Notes under the pieces: model-generated
What the model was told of the DNA's origin: nothing
The model's input: the letters and a program-made list of their open reading frames with translations, nothing else
Databases searched by the model: none
Source of the DNA: a virus
Reading direction: 5' to 3' (one strand)
DNA: 64,000 nt
Virus record (IMG/VR): IMGVR_UViG_3300042013_000065
Shown here: piece after piece, positions 11,846 through 22,478 of the stretch
Position numbering within the stretch: the stretch's first letter is position 1
Layout: every line of letters begins with the position of its first letter
Made by a program: the position numbers and the translations under genes

Positions 11846-11852
11846 TCAATTC

Positions 11853-11878
11853 GCCCTTCAGAAATGGAGGGCAATTTT
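11853..11878 (+). terminator. Intergenic hairpin, possible terminator or processing site
   Basis: GCCCTTCA-GAAA-TGGAGGGC followed by AATTTT. Confidence 0.5.
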
Positions 11879-11891
11879 AAGGAATATTTTT

Positions 11892-13907
11892 ATGGCTGGC
11901 GGATTAACAAAAGTACCACCGTCGATGATTAGCACGTCTCGCTCTGTACCGGGCGCAGTGCTGAAAGATACGGGCGTTGAATTTGAACCGAGTACCGACG
12001 AAACGGCGGCACAAGGTGGCGTAAAAACTGCGGTTTACGATAAAGAAACTGGCGTTTTCACAATTACAAATACTGACGGAACTGTAATTCGTTCCGAAGG
12101 TTTTCCAACAGTAAATAATATTGGTGTTGGTGCAACTGGCCCGACTGGCCCTGAAGGTGCGCAAGGTTTAAATGGTCGCAACGGCAAAGACGGACGCGAC
12201 GGCCCGATGGGATGTATTGGCCCTAAAGGTGATGTCGGCCCCGCTGGCCCTGCCGGTGGTTATGGTGGTATCGGCCCGCGTGGCCCCGTTGGCCCTACAG
12301 GCCCGCAAGGCGCACAAGGCTTGCCCGGTAGCATTGGCCCAACCGGCCCGACTGGCCCACAAGGTCAATTAGGCCCACAAGGAACACCCGGACAACAAGG
12401 CCCAACCGGCCCACAAGGTTTGCAAGGTTTGACAGGCGCAACAGGCCCACAAGGTCAAATCGGTGAAACTGGTTTGAATGGCCCAATAGGCCCGACTGGC
12501 CCACAAGGCGAACGCGGTTTGCAAGGTCAACAAGGCCCGCAAGGCGAAACAGGCGCACCCGGTCAAGGTATTCAAGGCCCGCCCGGTGTTTCTGCATTGT
12601 TCACAAATAACCCGCGACAAAATGCTGATCCGCGTGTAGGTGAATATCACACGCTCGAAACGAATGATGCAACGTTGGAAGTTTACGGCGAATTCAAATC
12701 GGTTGCGCCTGTTCAAGCGCTGACAATTACCTATGAATTTGACGGTGAAACTGCACGGCTTCCACGCGTGTATATCAGTTTCAACAAATATTCCGGCGCA
12801 CAATCGTACGTGCTTGCAACTAGCACCGATCAAGGCACAACAACCGGTTCGTTTACTGTGACATTTGGTGAAGCGGTTGCGGATGTAGATTTCAACTGGC
12901 GCGTAGTTTTGCTGGATACCGAACCGTTCTCCGCTGTACAGGTTTACGATACAACTGCTGTGCGTCCTGATGATCCTGCAACAACCAACGTCATGTTCTA
13001 TGATCTTGTGTTGAACACTGCTGCAAAACGCACATGTTTGGTTGATTGGGAAACCGTTTCGAATGATGCGAAAGGTTCAGGAATTCCGATTCCAAATACC
13101 TACGACAATTATCAGAACTGGTCGCATGCTTCTGGTGCAGCGCTTTATCTGCCGGGTATGCAAATTCCTGCCGCCGATGACGCGAACAATATGGTGCTGA
13201 CTGGCGATCATATTGAGTCGATTAAAAACAGCGGTAATTACGTTTCGTTGTTGAGTCCGAATGCTTTCAACTTCTTCTCGGCACAAGCGAAACTCAGTTC
13301 TACCGATGCGGACGACGATGCAATGGGTCTGGTGTTGGCATTTGTTCGTGATGCTGGCGCAAACCACATGATCGTTGCAAACCGTAACCAAGGTGGTATG
13401 GCTGCTGGTTCGACATCGAAAAACTTCCAACTTTCTTACGTAAGAAACAATGTCGTAATCAAAGTGATTTCTGAAGTTGATATCGGTGCAACTGGTCACG
13501 CATGGTCGGGCGCATATTCCACGGTGAAAATTGATCGTGACGGCCCTGTTCTGCGTGCGTTTGCAACGCCGTTCGGTTCTGATGTTCTGGACGCAACGCC
13601 GCTTACTTGCAACGTGAGTACCGATCCTGATTTGGCAGTGTTTAACACAAGCTGCAATTTCGGCTTCTTCACTTACTCGCAAGCAAGTTCTGCATTCACC
13701 GATATGGTGTTCGATTTCGGCGAACCAGATTACGAAACAGCGAGCGGCACAATGATGTTTGAAGCGGGCGAATCTGAGAAACAAATCCCCGTAACGATCA
13801 TCGGCACAGACGTTCCAAATCCGCCACAGAAAACGGTACAAATTCGGCTGTCGAATCCGCGTGGCGTAACCATTACACCTCCGGGTACTGCAAACGGTAC
13901 GTTCTAA
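11892..13907 (+). CDS. Collagen-like fibre protein 4 with lectin-like domain inserted in a Calx-beta-like domain
   Basis: About 50 Gly-X-Y triplets; DADDDAMG lectin-like motif; [23 protein letters not shown] Calx-beta signature. Confidence 0.85.
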   Translation: MAGGLTKVPPSMISTSRSVPGAVLKDTGVEFEPSTDETAAQGGVKTAVYDKETGVFTITNTDGTVIRSEGFPTVNNIGVGATGPTGPEGAQGLNGRNGKDGRDGPMGCIGPKGDVGPAGPAGGYGGIGPRGPVGPTGPQGAQGLPGSIGPTGPTGPQGQLGPQGTPGQQGPTGPQGLQGLTGATGPQGQIGETGLNGPIGPTGPQGERGLQGQQGPQGETGAPGQGIQGPPGVSALFTNNPRQNADPRVGEYHTLETNDATLEVYGEFKSVAPVQALTITYEFDGETARLPRVYISFNKYSGAQSYVLATSTDQGTTTGSFTVTFGEAVADVDFNWRVVLLDTEPFSAVQVYDTTAVRPDDPATTNVMFYDLVLNTAAKRTCLVDWETVSNDAKGSGIPIPNTYDNYQNWSHASGAALYLPGMQIPAADDANNMVLTGDHIESIKNSGNYVSLLSPNAFNFFSAQAKLSSTDADDDAMGLVLAFVRDAGANHMIVANRNQGGMAAGSTSKNFQLSYVRNNVVIKVISEVDIGATGHAWSGAYSTVKIDRDGPVLRAFATPFGSDVLDATPLTCNVSTDPDLAVFNTSCNFGFFTYSQASSAFTDMVFDFGEPDYETASGTMMFEAGESEKQIPVTIIGTDVPNPPQKTVQIRLSNPRGVTITPPGTANGTF

Positions 13908-13914
13908 ATAAAAT

Positions 13915-13942
13915 GGCGGGGAGCGTAAAAACTTCCCGCCTT
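13915..13942 (+). terminator. Intergenic hairpin
   Basis: GGCGGGGAG...CTTCCCGCC; weak T-tract. Confidence 0.45.
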
Positions 13943-13952
13943 CGGAGTTCGT

Positions 13953-16900
13953 ATGGCAACAGAAATAATTGGGACAGCGTTTTGCGATAAAAACGTATGG
14001 TACTCCAGTAACAACGTGAACTATGCGCCATCGTCAATCAATGATGGTTTGGCGGATGGTCGGCGCTGGATTGGTTCGAACGTAGACGCAACAACATCGC
14101 TTTTAAACTTTGTTGGTATCAAATTTGTAGGCCCGAAAAACGTAGAAGACATCGTAATCAACTTCGCGTCTTGGGGTAACAGCATTCGCATTGGTACGTG
14201 GGCACAAGGTGCCGATCCTGCGTCTGCAAGTTTTACAAAAACAGATATTATTCCGCTGCAAAGCTACACCGTAAACGGACAGACTGATGCAGATGGCAGC
14301 GTAATCAACGTCAGCACGAATTTACGTTTTCTTGTTAACGCTTCACAAATTCCCGGCATAGTTCTGTACAGTGACAGCAACAGTTTCAGTGCGCTTACGA
14401 ATACACCGGGCAGTGCTAACACAAACCTCAGTATCAACGAAGTAGTTGTCAGAGGCGTCAACGCATTAGAACCTGAATGGGCTAAGCAAATTGGCACAGC
14501 TATTTGCTCTTCGCAATACAACGATTTCGGTACAGTTGCAGCGGTAAACGATGGCAACACTGCAAGCGGCTGGTCTGGTGGTAACGTTGGTGCAAACGCT
14601 ATTATTGATTGGGTTGCGCTTCAATTTCCAAGCCCAATAAAACCACGAAAAGTTGAGTTCTATTTTTATTCGTGGGGTAAAACAATTGCACTCGGTTATT
14701 CAAACGGTACGCCAACGGTAAAAGGCGATTTCACTGTACACCGTTTGATTGACGTTACGGTTACACCTACCGATGACCTCGGCGTTCCATGGGGTCGCGG
14801 CAAAGTAAACACTCTTTTGATTCCAGCCGATGGGCCTTCTGGTTCTGTTTGGGGTACGTGGACAAACGATTTCGGCGCCAGCATCATGGGTTACAACAAT
14901 GGCGGGCTTGATCGTACACGTTTGATGGAATTAAGTGTTTACGGGCCAGTGCAAACAAGTGCAGACGGTTTGAACCCGAAACCTCCTGCAATTGTTCCTG
15001 TTTTGCCATTCAGTGCAACGCCCGCAAGTTGGGTACGTACTGAATACAATACGCCCGGTGATTTTGTTTTCACCCCGGCTGCTGACACAACGTTAGTTTT
15101 AGCAATCGTTCAAGCGGCTGGTTCTGGTGGCCGCACCAACATGAACGTAAACGGAACCGTTACACAGAACGATTCCACGTTGAATGGCGGCGCTTCCACA
15201 ATTGCTACAACAGAAGGTTTGTTTTTAACTGCTCCCGGTGGTACAGGCGTATCAGGCGGCGGTGTTGCAACTTTCAATAAAGGTATTGATTGGCTACGTG
15301 AAGTTGATACAGGCTCACGCGCAGGCGGTACAAGCGCGAGTGCAAATACCGTGGCTGGTGCGCAATCTTTCCTTACGGGAACGGTTGGTGCGGCTTTCAC
15401 AATGGTTGCGCAACAAACAAACCTGCCAGCTACAGCAGCACTCAATACATTTACTGGCGCAGGCGCGTTACAACTGACGCCGATTTATACGGGTAATGCG
15501 GCACGAAACGCGACTTATGGTTTGTCTGTTTCTGCTGCAAATGATTCCGTAACGCTCAACTTCAAAGGTTTTGCAGGACAGCAATTAACGGTTCCGTATA
15601 ACAGCACAGGCACAACGCAATTCACAGTTACACTCAATGGTAATGCCATTGACGGTGCTACCGCTTCTTCAGGTGGTTTTTCGCGCACATACACCCTCGC
15701 AACTACAGGTGATCAAACTCTCGTTTTAACTAAAGTTGATAGCTCTGTCGGAACGTTGGGTATCGCGTCGATTACGTTCGGCAACTTCGGCCAAGCAGGT
15801 TCTATTTCTGGTGGTTCTGGTCGCCTTGCACAAGCCTACATAATTCCAAAAGTTTTAAACGTTCACGTTGGTGCTGGTGGTATTGGTCAAGCCGGTGGCC
15901 AAACTGTAGCGGCTGCACAAAATGGTTTGCGTGGTTCTGGTGGTGCACCGGGCGGTAAAGGTGGTGACGGCGTTGTCGTCATTTACGAATTCAAAGGCTC
16001 TGTAGTTTTTGAAAGGCCCATCGTTCCACTGTTTCCAAACTACAACAATTTGACGGCTGAACTTGTCGGTATTTACCGCACAAATTTTATCGGTCAAGGG
16101 TTGGGAACAAAGCAAAACTATGTGCACAAATTGCGTCCGCGTACCAAATACGTTTACGTGATTATGACTGGTGCAGGCGGTGGTACGGTAAACACGTACA
16201 CAGGCCCTTCAGCATCGGTTCCGAACGATCCTGCAATTGTCAGCATAGGCGCGAAAACGTTCACTGCTGGTTCTGGTTCTTCTAGTTATCGGATTATGTC
16301 TGGTACGTCTGGTCAGTATCCGTGTAATGCTGGTGATGGTGGTATTTTCACAAGTAATGCCGAAACGATTTACCAAACAAACGGCCCCGGTGGTTCAAAC
16401 TTTGCCAGTCCAAATAGTTCTGGTGTTGTGGGCAATTACGGTTGGTCTGGTGGTGGTGTTCAAGGTGCTGGTGACGGCATTAACAACTCTGCTTGGCCGG
16501 GTGGTGCTGCTGCTACTGCAATGTTCATCCTTTCTGGTGACGATATTGCGAGCGGTACAATTGATATTCAGGTTCCCGGTGGTGGTCGCGCGCCTGCAAC
16601 TGGACAATACGACGTAGGTAATCCCGGCGCCGTGTTTATTTTCGAAACTGAATCTGGTTTCGGATTTGCCACAACGCAATTGTCTGAATTACTTCTGACC
16701 AAATCGGCTATTGCTGCAACAACCGTTACACAAACTGCTGAACTTGTTTTGCAGAAAAGTGCACTCGGCCCTATTCGCACCTCACAGGTTGCGGAATTGG
16801 TTTTGGTGAAAGATACGTCCGTTCCTGATATGCAGGTAGCGAACGTTTACGCAACGCTGGTCTATGATGCACCGCCTACGGGCATGAACATCACGCAAAC

Positions 16901-18611
16901 TTCTGAATTGGTTTTGCAGAAGGAAAAGATTGGCGGAACGGCAACCACACAAACTGCACAATTGGTTCTCCAGAAAACAGCACGTAGCCCGTATCGTTTG
17001 ACGCAGGTTTCGGAACTGTTTTTGGTCGCAGAAACACCGACCATTTTCTGGTTGAATTTCGGTACACTGGATAATCCGATTCGTTTCCAACTGTATGATT
17101 CTGCAATTGGTCGTGCATCTTCGGTTCCACCGAATTGCAAGATTCAAATTGAGGGTTATTTCGCAGAAGGGACGCATCTGGTAATCAACGGTGTTCCAAG
17201 TGGCATTGTTGCAAACGTGCAAAACAATGATCGCGTTTACATTCATGGCGGCGTGACAAACTACTGGCAGAAAACAATGCCGGTTTATGCCTACTACGAA
17301 GAGAACGGCGAGACAGCGCGTTTGTTGGTTGGTAGCTGGAATATCAATCAGCCTGTATTGGTGCCGAAACATACCCAAGCTTACTACGGTTCGAAAATCA
17401 CACCGTCGTGGCTGCAATCGCGCACAGGATTCAGCGCGGCTGCATTGCAATCCTTTGTGACGAAAGCTTTGATGTCACTTGTGCAACTCACTACAGAAGC
17501 GGTGCATAACCTGTTCGGTAGTCTCGTTGATTTGATTCAGGAAAAAACGAGTGTTAACACACGGATTGCAGAAGTAACAATTGGTTGGGACATGTCGAAA
17601 GCGTTGTCGAAAGTTTCCGATACTGTCGTTTGGGATTACGTGCAGGCATTGAGTACCGACGTGAAAAACGTTGTGACTTGGGGCACACTGAAAGCACAAA
17701 CCAGCGATTTCAAACAAGCTGATTTCATTGACACAAAAGCTTTGTATGGAAATGTTGGAACTTCCTACGATGTTCGCAGTGGTTCGGGTCTGTCGTACTT
17801 TGCAAGCAGCGGCGTTACATTGCTGTCAACGAATTACGCACATTTCGAATTGGATACCACATTCACCCAAGCGTATTACGGGGAATACAACGCTGCTGAA
17901 TTCGTCGATCAAAAGGCGGGTTACGGAAACGTTGATACTGAATATGTGTATTACGCTGTCGATCATTCAGTTCATTACACAGTGGTTTATGTCGCTGTTC
18001 CAAGTAGCAGCACAACCATTCTGTTTGATATGGAACCAATGAGTACCAAAGCCTATAGCGTTCTTTCGGGAATGTTGTGGGAACGTAGCGTGGCACAAGG
18101 CACCGGCCATTGGGTAATTCCAACGGATGTTGCTTTGCACACTCAAACGTATTACGGCTTGTTTGGTGCTGACGGCGTGGATGCGAATTCCGGCCATAGC
18201 GAATATACAGAACGGGAAACGCTGGCAATCAACGGCCCGCAACAGGGTTATTTCGGCACGACTTCTTTGTGGATGCAAAACTATTCCGCATATGCTGAAC
18301 GAAGCCCAACCATTAAACGTTCGGAAAAAACCGCACTGTTTGACGTAACGCCGATTAAAACCACTGCGCAAAACGGTGTCTATAATCTGAAACCATTCCT
18401 TGATATGCAATCGGTCAACCAAATCGGCCCTGCTTCGTTGTACAAAGGGTTTGATTCGTTGTCAGACATTGAAGCTTTCACAGAGAATTTTGCTGGTGTT
18501 CACATTGGCATGAAATACAACGGTTACGTTTACACATTGGATGTAGACAAATCGTTTATTTGTGAAATATTCAACAATGGCCCGGTCAAATGGTTGCTGC
18601 AAGGTGGTTAA
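13953..18611 (+). CDS. Large tail fibre/structural protein: two discoidin-like repeats, two Gly-rich domains, 18-aa shaft repeats
   Basis: Duplicated NDG...W.G.NV.A..W/FV...F..P...SWG; GAGG..G Gly-rich motifs; TQxxELVLxK repeats. Confidence 0.8.
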   Translation: MATEIIGTAFCDKNVWYSSNNVNYAPSSINDGLADGRRWIGSNVDATTSLLNFVGIKFVGPKNVEDIVINFASWGNSIRIGTWAQGADPASASFTKTDIIPLQSYTVNGQTDADGSVINVSTNLRFLVNASQIPGIVLYSDSNSFSALTNTPGSANTNLSINEVVVRGVNALEPEWAKQIGTAICSSQYNDFGTVAAVNDGNTASGWSGGNVGANAIIDWVALQFPSPIKPRKVEFYFYSWGKTIALGYSNGTPTVKGDFTVHRLIDVTVTPTDDLGVPWGRGKVNTLLIPADGPSGSVWGTWTNDFGASIMGYNNGGLDRTRLMELSVYGPVQTSADGLNPKPPAIVPVLPFSATPASWVRTEYNTPGDFVFTPAADTTLVLAIVQAAGSGGRTNMNVNGTVTQNDSTLNGGASTIATTEGLFLTAPGGTGVSGGGVATFNKGIDWLREVDTGSRAGGTSASANTVAGAQSFLTGTVGAAFTMVAQQTNLPATAALNTFTGAGALQLTPIYTGNAARNATYGLSVSAANDSVTLNFKGFAGQQLTVPYNSTGTTQFTVTLNGNAIDGATASSGGFSRTYTLATTGDQTLVLTKVDSSVGTLGIASITFGNFGQAGSISGGSGRLAQAYIIPKVLNVHVGAGGIGQAGGQTVAAAQNGLRGSGGAPGGKGGDGVVVIYEFKGSVVFERPIVPLFPNYNNLTAELVGIYRTNFIGQGLGTKQNYVHKLRPRTKYVYVIMTGAGGGTVNTYTGPSASVPNDPAIVSIGAKTFTAGSGSSSYRIMSGTSGQYPCNAGDGGIFTSNAETIYQTNGPGGSNFASPNSSGVVGNYGWSGGGVQGAGDGINNSAWPGGAAATAMFILSGDDIASGTIDIQVPGGGRAPATGQYDVGNPGAVFIFETESGFGFATTQLSELLLTKSAIAATTVTQTAELVLQKSALGPIRTSQVAELVLVKDTSVPDMQVANVYATLVYDAPPTGMNITQTSELVLQKEKIGGTATTQTAQLVLQKTARSPYRLTQVSELFLVAETPTIFWLNFGTLDNPIRFQLYDSAIGRASSVPPNCKIQIEGYFAEGTHLVINGVPSGIVANVQNNDRVYIHGGVTNYWQKTMPVYAYYEENGETARLLVGSWNINQPVLVPKHTQAYYGSKITPSWLQSRTGFSAAALQSFVTKALMSLVQLTTEAVHNLFGSLVDLIQEKTSVNTRIAEVTIGWDMSKALSKVSDTVVWDYVQALSTDVKNVVTWGTLKAQTSDFKQADFIDTKALYGNVGTSYDVRSGSGLSYFASSGVTLLSTNYAHFELDTTFTQAYYGEYNAAEFVDQKAGYGNVDTEYVYYAVDHSVHYTVVYVAVPSSSTTILFDMEPMSTKAYSVLSGMLWERSVAQGTGHWVIPTDVALHTQTYYGLFGADGVDANSGHSEYTERETLAINGPQQGYFGTTSLWMQNYSAYAERSPTIKRSEKTALFDVTPIKTTAQNGVYNLKPFLDMQSVNQIGPASLYKGFDSLSDIEAFTENFAGVHIGMKYNGYVYTLDVDKSFICEIFNNGPVKWLLQGG
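16671..17033 (+). repeat. About seven tandem 18-aa repeats (TQ[TLV][AS]ELVL[QV]K)
   Basis: Visible in the translation. Confidence 0.8.
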
Positions 18612-18638
18612 TTTATAGGAAACCCCGGAGAAAAAACA

Positions 18639-19067
18639 ATGGCTGCACTTATACCTCGCAAGAAGTTAAGTGAAGTCGGCAATCGGCCAAGAAAATTGTT
18701 TGAAATAACAACTCTTTTGTTGGCCCCAAATGCCTCTGAGTCTTTTGTCATTCCTTGCGGCGCAACCGCGATAGTGCAAAGGCTCAGAGTTTCCGCCCCT
18801 TGTATGGTGGAAGTGTACGGCGTAGCGGATCATAGCCCAATCATTGACCCGACGCCGTACAAGTTTTTGGCAACCGCTGACCACTTATTTGATGATGGTT
18901 CTACCGTTATGCGGGACGGGACAATTATCAAAACTCGACAGTATTCGATGTTCGTAAATTTGGACACGCCTTTGAAGCCCCAAATGTACGGCGTCATCAC
19001 AAACACAACCGCGCAAAGTGTCGCGATTAAACTTACACTCACATACCTGACCGTTGAGGATTTCTAA
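18639..19067 (+). CDS. Virion structural protein
   Basis: GGAG RBS; operon context. Confidence 0.75.
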   Translation: MAALIPRKKLSEVGNRPRKLFEITTLLLAPNASESFVIPCGATAIVQRLRVSAPCMVEVYGVADHSPIIDPTPYKFLATADHLFDDGSTVMRDGTIIKTRQYSMFVNLDTPLKPQMYGVITNTTAQSVAIKLTLTYLTVEDF

Positions 19068-20237
19068 ATGGGTATTGCAATCCGCAAAGAGGGTTTTACC
19101 ACAGCCGGTAAAATCACTCTCGCTGTAATTGACGACATGTTGGCGAATGGTTTCAAAGCCATTTTCCCTGTCGATGGAACTGGCGCCTACGTAAAACCTG
19201 TTGGCGCAACTGCTGAAAAATTCAGCGTTACTTTGGAAGCTGGGCCAAGCGTTGACCCATTGAATCCATTGATTCCCGGCGCTACTCCGAATCAACCGTG
19301 GCGCGTTGCGTTTTCCGTAACTGACAACGCCACAATGGGTATGTTCGCAGGTTCGCCTACTGCACTGCCTAACGACGGTTCGCTGCCTTACACAACCGAT
19401 TCCGTTACTGAAATCACCACGACCACCGTTCGTATTATCGGTGCACGCGGGATTGTCGGTGAAGATTACACCCCGTATCGTTTGACGCAAACCGCTGACA
19501 AACCGTATTTCCAAAATGCTGGTCTTTTCCAGCCGCATTGGAAAAACAAAACAGAAGGTTTCATCAACCGTCGTACCAAAGTTTGGGTTGATTCGATTGT
19601 TGGTAACTCCCAATCGCAAATCGAAACACCACCAGTTTTCCCGACTGATCCAACCAAAGACGTTAGCGCGACCTACCCAATGTCGTACTATCTGGCAATC
19701 ACTCCACGTGGTTTCTACTTGTCGATTTGGCAAGGCGCCGGTACAAACGTAAGTGGTACAGATTTTTCGTGGGTTCTGGTTCAACGTCCTGTGCATCGCG
19801 ATACAGGCATCGTTGTTGTTGAAGGTAAAGCTCCTGTATTTTGCGTTAACGCAGTGGGCAACCAAATCAACCGTTTCGTGGTTCGTGAAGCCGATTTGGT
19901 TGACGCTTCCACAATTACTTCGGCTGTTCTGGATACCAAAGATACAACCGCAATCATCAACGACAAAAAACAAATCGGTGTTTCCGAAAACAACCAGTAC
20001 ATCGTTAACTATCCGTCGCGCCTGAACACTCCGCGTTACGCATACACTTACGAACTGGACATGATCGGCTACACGTCTGCAACCGTTGTCGGTGGCACCA
20101 CAGAAGTTCCGCAAACTCTGTACGGTGAAGAAACTCCGCGTAAATACATTGGTATGCACGCGAACATTCTGAACAACAACGGCATGCGAATTGTTGCGCT
20201 CAAAGAAGGCGGCGGCATTGCTGCTCCTGCACCTTAA
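19068..20237 (+). CDS. Virion structural protein, paralogue A
   Basis: Shares PSRLNTxRYAYTYELDMxGYTS and many other blocks with the next gene; strongly biased codons. Confidence 0.85.
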   Translation: MGIAIRKEGFTTAGKITLAVIDDMLANGFKAIFPVDGTGAYVKPVGATAEKFSVTLEAGPSVDPLNPLIPGATPNQPWRVAFSVTDNATMGMFAGSPTALPNDGSLPYTTDSVTEITTTTVRIIGARGIVGEDYTPYRLTQTADKPYFQNAGLFQPHWKNKTEGFINRRTKVWVDSIVGNSQSQIETPPVFPTDPTKDVSATYPMSYYLAITPRGFYLSIWQGAGTNVSGTDFSWVLVQRPVHRDTGIVVVEGKAPVFCVNAVGNQINRFVVREADLVDASTITSAVLDTKDTTAIINDKKQIGVSENNQYIVNYPSRLNTPRYAYTYELDMIGYTSATVVGGTTEVPQTLYGEETPRKYIGMHANILNNNGMRIVALKEGGGIAAPAP

Positions 20238-20253
20238 TCAAGGGGAATAAATC

Positions 20254-21300
20254 ATGGCTGGAATTTCCATCCGTCGCAGCGGTTATACCCACGTGGGTGA
20301 ACTGATGCTCGCCGTTGTTGCCGACCTTACGGACAACGGTTTTTCTGTAATCAATCCGGTGCCTTGGGTTCCGCCTGTAGATGCAACCGGGCGCGCCAAA
20401 TTCAAAGTGATGTTGGAAGCAGGTATTGCGGTTGATCCGTTGAATAACCCTGCACTTCCTGCAAAGCAACCATGGCGCGTACAAATCGAAGTTTTCGATA
20501 AGCACACTGCCGGTATGGTTCTCGGTTCTAACCAAAGTTTGCGTACCGATGGTTCGCTTTCTTGGACTACCACAGGCACCACCACAAAGGTTCTGGCTGG
20601 CCCCATCGGCGTTGTCGGCGGTCGTTACACCAAAGGCACTACGCCAGCGGATAAAGCGCCTGATCCAACCAAACCAGAAGACGGTTTTATTAACCGTACT
20701 TCGCGTGTAGTTGTCGGTTCCGCTGACATTTCCGATTCTGCACCAATGACCTACTACCTCTGCATTGCAGAACGTGGTTTTGTTCTGTGCGTTTGGGAAG
20801 ACTTCACTTCTGACCTCGGCGCGAAATCGGTTTCGTGGGTTGTTGCACAGCGTCCGGTTGATCGTGTTTCCGGTGCCGTTGTTATCACTGGTAAAGCACC
20901 AGTATTTGCAATGTTTTCCACCGCTGAAAAGATTCAACGTTTCACCGTTCGTGAATCCGACGTTATGCGTCCTTCCGATGCAGTGGACGCGGGCATTGAT
21001 ACCGAATACAACAATGCAATTATCAACATTGCGGAACAGGTAGCAATTTCCGAAGGCAACCGCTACGTGGTTTCGTTCCCGTCGCGTTTGAACACCACGC
21101 GTTACGCATACACCTACGAACTGGATATGCTCGGTTACACCAGTGGTGACGTTGTTTCGGAAAACACCGACGTTCCGTTGAAGGTTTACAACGAAGCTGA
21201 TCCACCACGCAATTACGTTTCGCTTCTGGCGAACGGGCCGAATAACACCGGCATGCGTATTGTCGCACTGAAATCTGGCGGCGGTATCACAGCACCGTAA
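20254..21300 (+). CDS. Virion structural protein, paralogue B
   Basis: Full-length paralogue of 19068-20237. Confidence 0.85.
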   Translation: MAGISIRRSGYTHVGELMLAVVADLTDNGFSVINPVPWVPPVDATGRAKFKVMLEAGIAVDPLNNPALPAKQPWRVQIEVFDKHTAGMVLGSNQSLRTDGSLSWTTTGTTTKVLAGPIGVVGGRYTKGTTPADKAPDPTKPEDGFINRTSRVVVGSADISDSAPMTYYLCIAERGFVLCVWEDFTSDLGAKSVSWVVAQRPVDRVSGAVVITGKAPVFAMFSTAEKIQRFTVRESDVMRPSDAVDAGIDTEYNNAIINIAEQVAISEGNRYVVSFPSRLNTTRYAYTYELDMLGYTSGDVVSENTDVPLKVYNEADPPRNYVSLLANGPNNTGMRIVALKSGGGITAP

Positions 21301-21322
21301 GCAACACCGGGACGCGTTCCCT

Positions 21323-21356
21323 TGGAAGGGGGATTTATTCCCCCTTTTCCATTTTT
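21323..21356 (+). terminator. Intrinsic terminator
   Basis: GGAAGGGGGA-TTTAT-TCCCCCTTTTCC followed by ATTTTT. Confidence 0.65.
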
Positions 21357-21369
21357 CGGAGAAATATTT

Positions 21370-22461
21370 ATGCTTTTACAACACGATGGCTTCGATAACT
21401 ACGGAACCACTGCCCTGCAAACGGCCACGAACGAATCGTCGAAGCAATGGGTTAGTCGTGGTTATGTTTTGCCTACAGCCGGTGTAACTCCCGCCACTGC
21501 ATACGGTAAAAACTCTGGTAGTTTTGGCCTCGGTTTGAACGGTGCTACCACTGATCAAACTTGGATCAAACGTCCAATTCGTCACGAATCGAATAACACT
21601 GGCGCAGCCTTTACTCCACAAGGGAAATTGGTTCACGCTTTTGCAGTTCGTTTTGTTTTGCAGCCAACCGGTTCGCTGAACTTTGCACGTCTGGCCGGAT
21701 TCAATCTGAACATTGGTTCGGACTGGTTCATTTACGCAGACGGCGTGGTCACAGATTATCAATGCGAATTGAACATCTGGAACTTCGTTGAACTGGAATA
21801 CGAAATTGCTACAAAAACAATGCGCGTTTACATGACTGACACGCTTGTTGCCACCAAAGTTTTGACCGGTACACCAGTTCTCGATTTTTGGGAAATTCGT
21901 TCGCAATTCACCAGCGGCGGCAACACCAGCATTTACATGCACGTTGACGATCATTATTTGCTGGACAGTAACCCGACTAGCCCGAATGGTTCGGCAACTA
22001 CGAACATTGAACGTATCGGAAAATGCAACACGATCACGCAATATCCAACTGCGGATAGCGCCGTTGCAATGACACCGTTTCCTGCTTCGCCTGCAAACAA
22101 CTTCTCGAAAGTTAACCAACCGACGCACGATGGCGATACCACTTATGTCAGCACAAACGTTCCCGGTACAACCGATTTCTACGTCAACCCAACTGCATTT
22201 CCAACGGTTGATGATGCGGCAATTCGCGCAGTTACTATCTGCCCGGTCGCCCGTATGCTTGAACCGGATTCCATGAGCTTGACGGCAGTTGTGCAAGTTG
22301 GTGCGACGATTAAAGAAGGGCACCGAATGAAGTTGAAAGCAGGTTCTTACACTGCTGAAAACCACATCTTCGAAGTCAACCCGGCGACCGGTGTGCAGTG
22401 GACTCCAACCGAAGCACAGAACGTGAAATTTGGTCAGCGCCTTCTGCCTAAACCAACCTAA
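21370..22461 (+). CDS. Tail fibre-associated protein (ConA/LamG-like)
   Basis: ATG at 21370 with GGAG RBS; LLQHDGFD start; WNFVELEY, YMHVDDHYL. Confidence 0.75.
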   Translation: MLLQHDGFDNYGTTALQTATNESSKQWVSRGYVLPTAGVTPATAYGKNSGSFGLGLNGATTDQTWIKRPIRHESNNTGAAFTPQGKLVHAFAVRFVLQPTGSLNFARLAGFNLNIGSDWFIYADGVVTDYQCELNIWNFVELEYEIATKTMRVYMTDTLVATKVLTGTPVLDFWEIRSQFTSGGNTSIYMHVDDHYLLDSNPTSPNGSATTNIERIGKCNTITQYPTADSAVAMTPFPASPANNFSKVNQPTHDGDTTYVSTNVPGTTDFYVNPTAFPTVDDAAIRAVTICPVARMLEPDSMSLTAVVQVGATIKEGHRMKLKAGSYTAENHIFEVNPATGVQWTPTEAQNVKFGQRLLPKPT

Positions 22462-22478
22462 AATACGGTAGGTGATTT

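Noticed and set aside
7207-12587. GGCCC[AGT]CAAGG-type DNA repeats as a CRISPR array or DGR template
   Set aside because: Explained by Gly-Pro-Gln collagen coding; no spacers, cas genes or reverse transcriptase in the window
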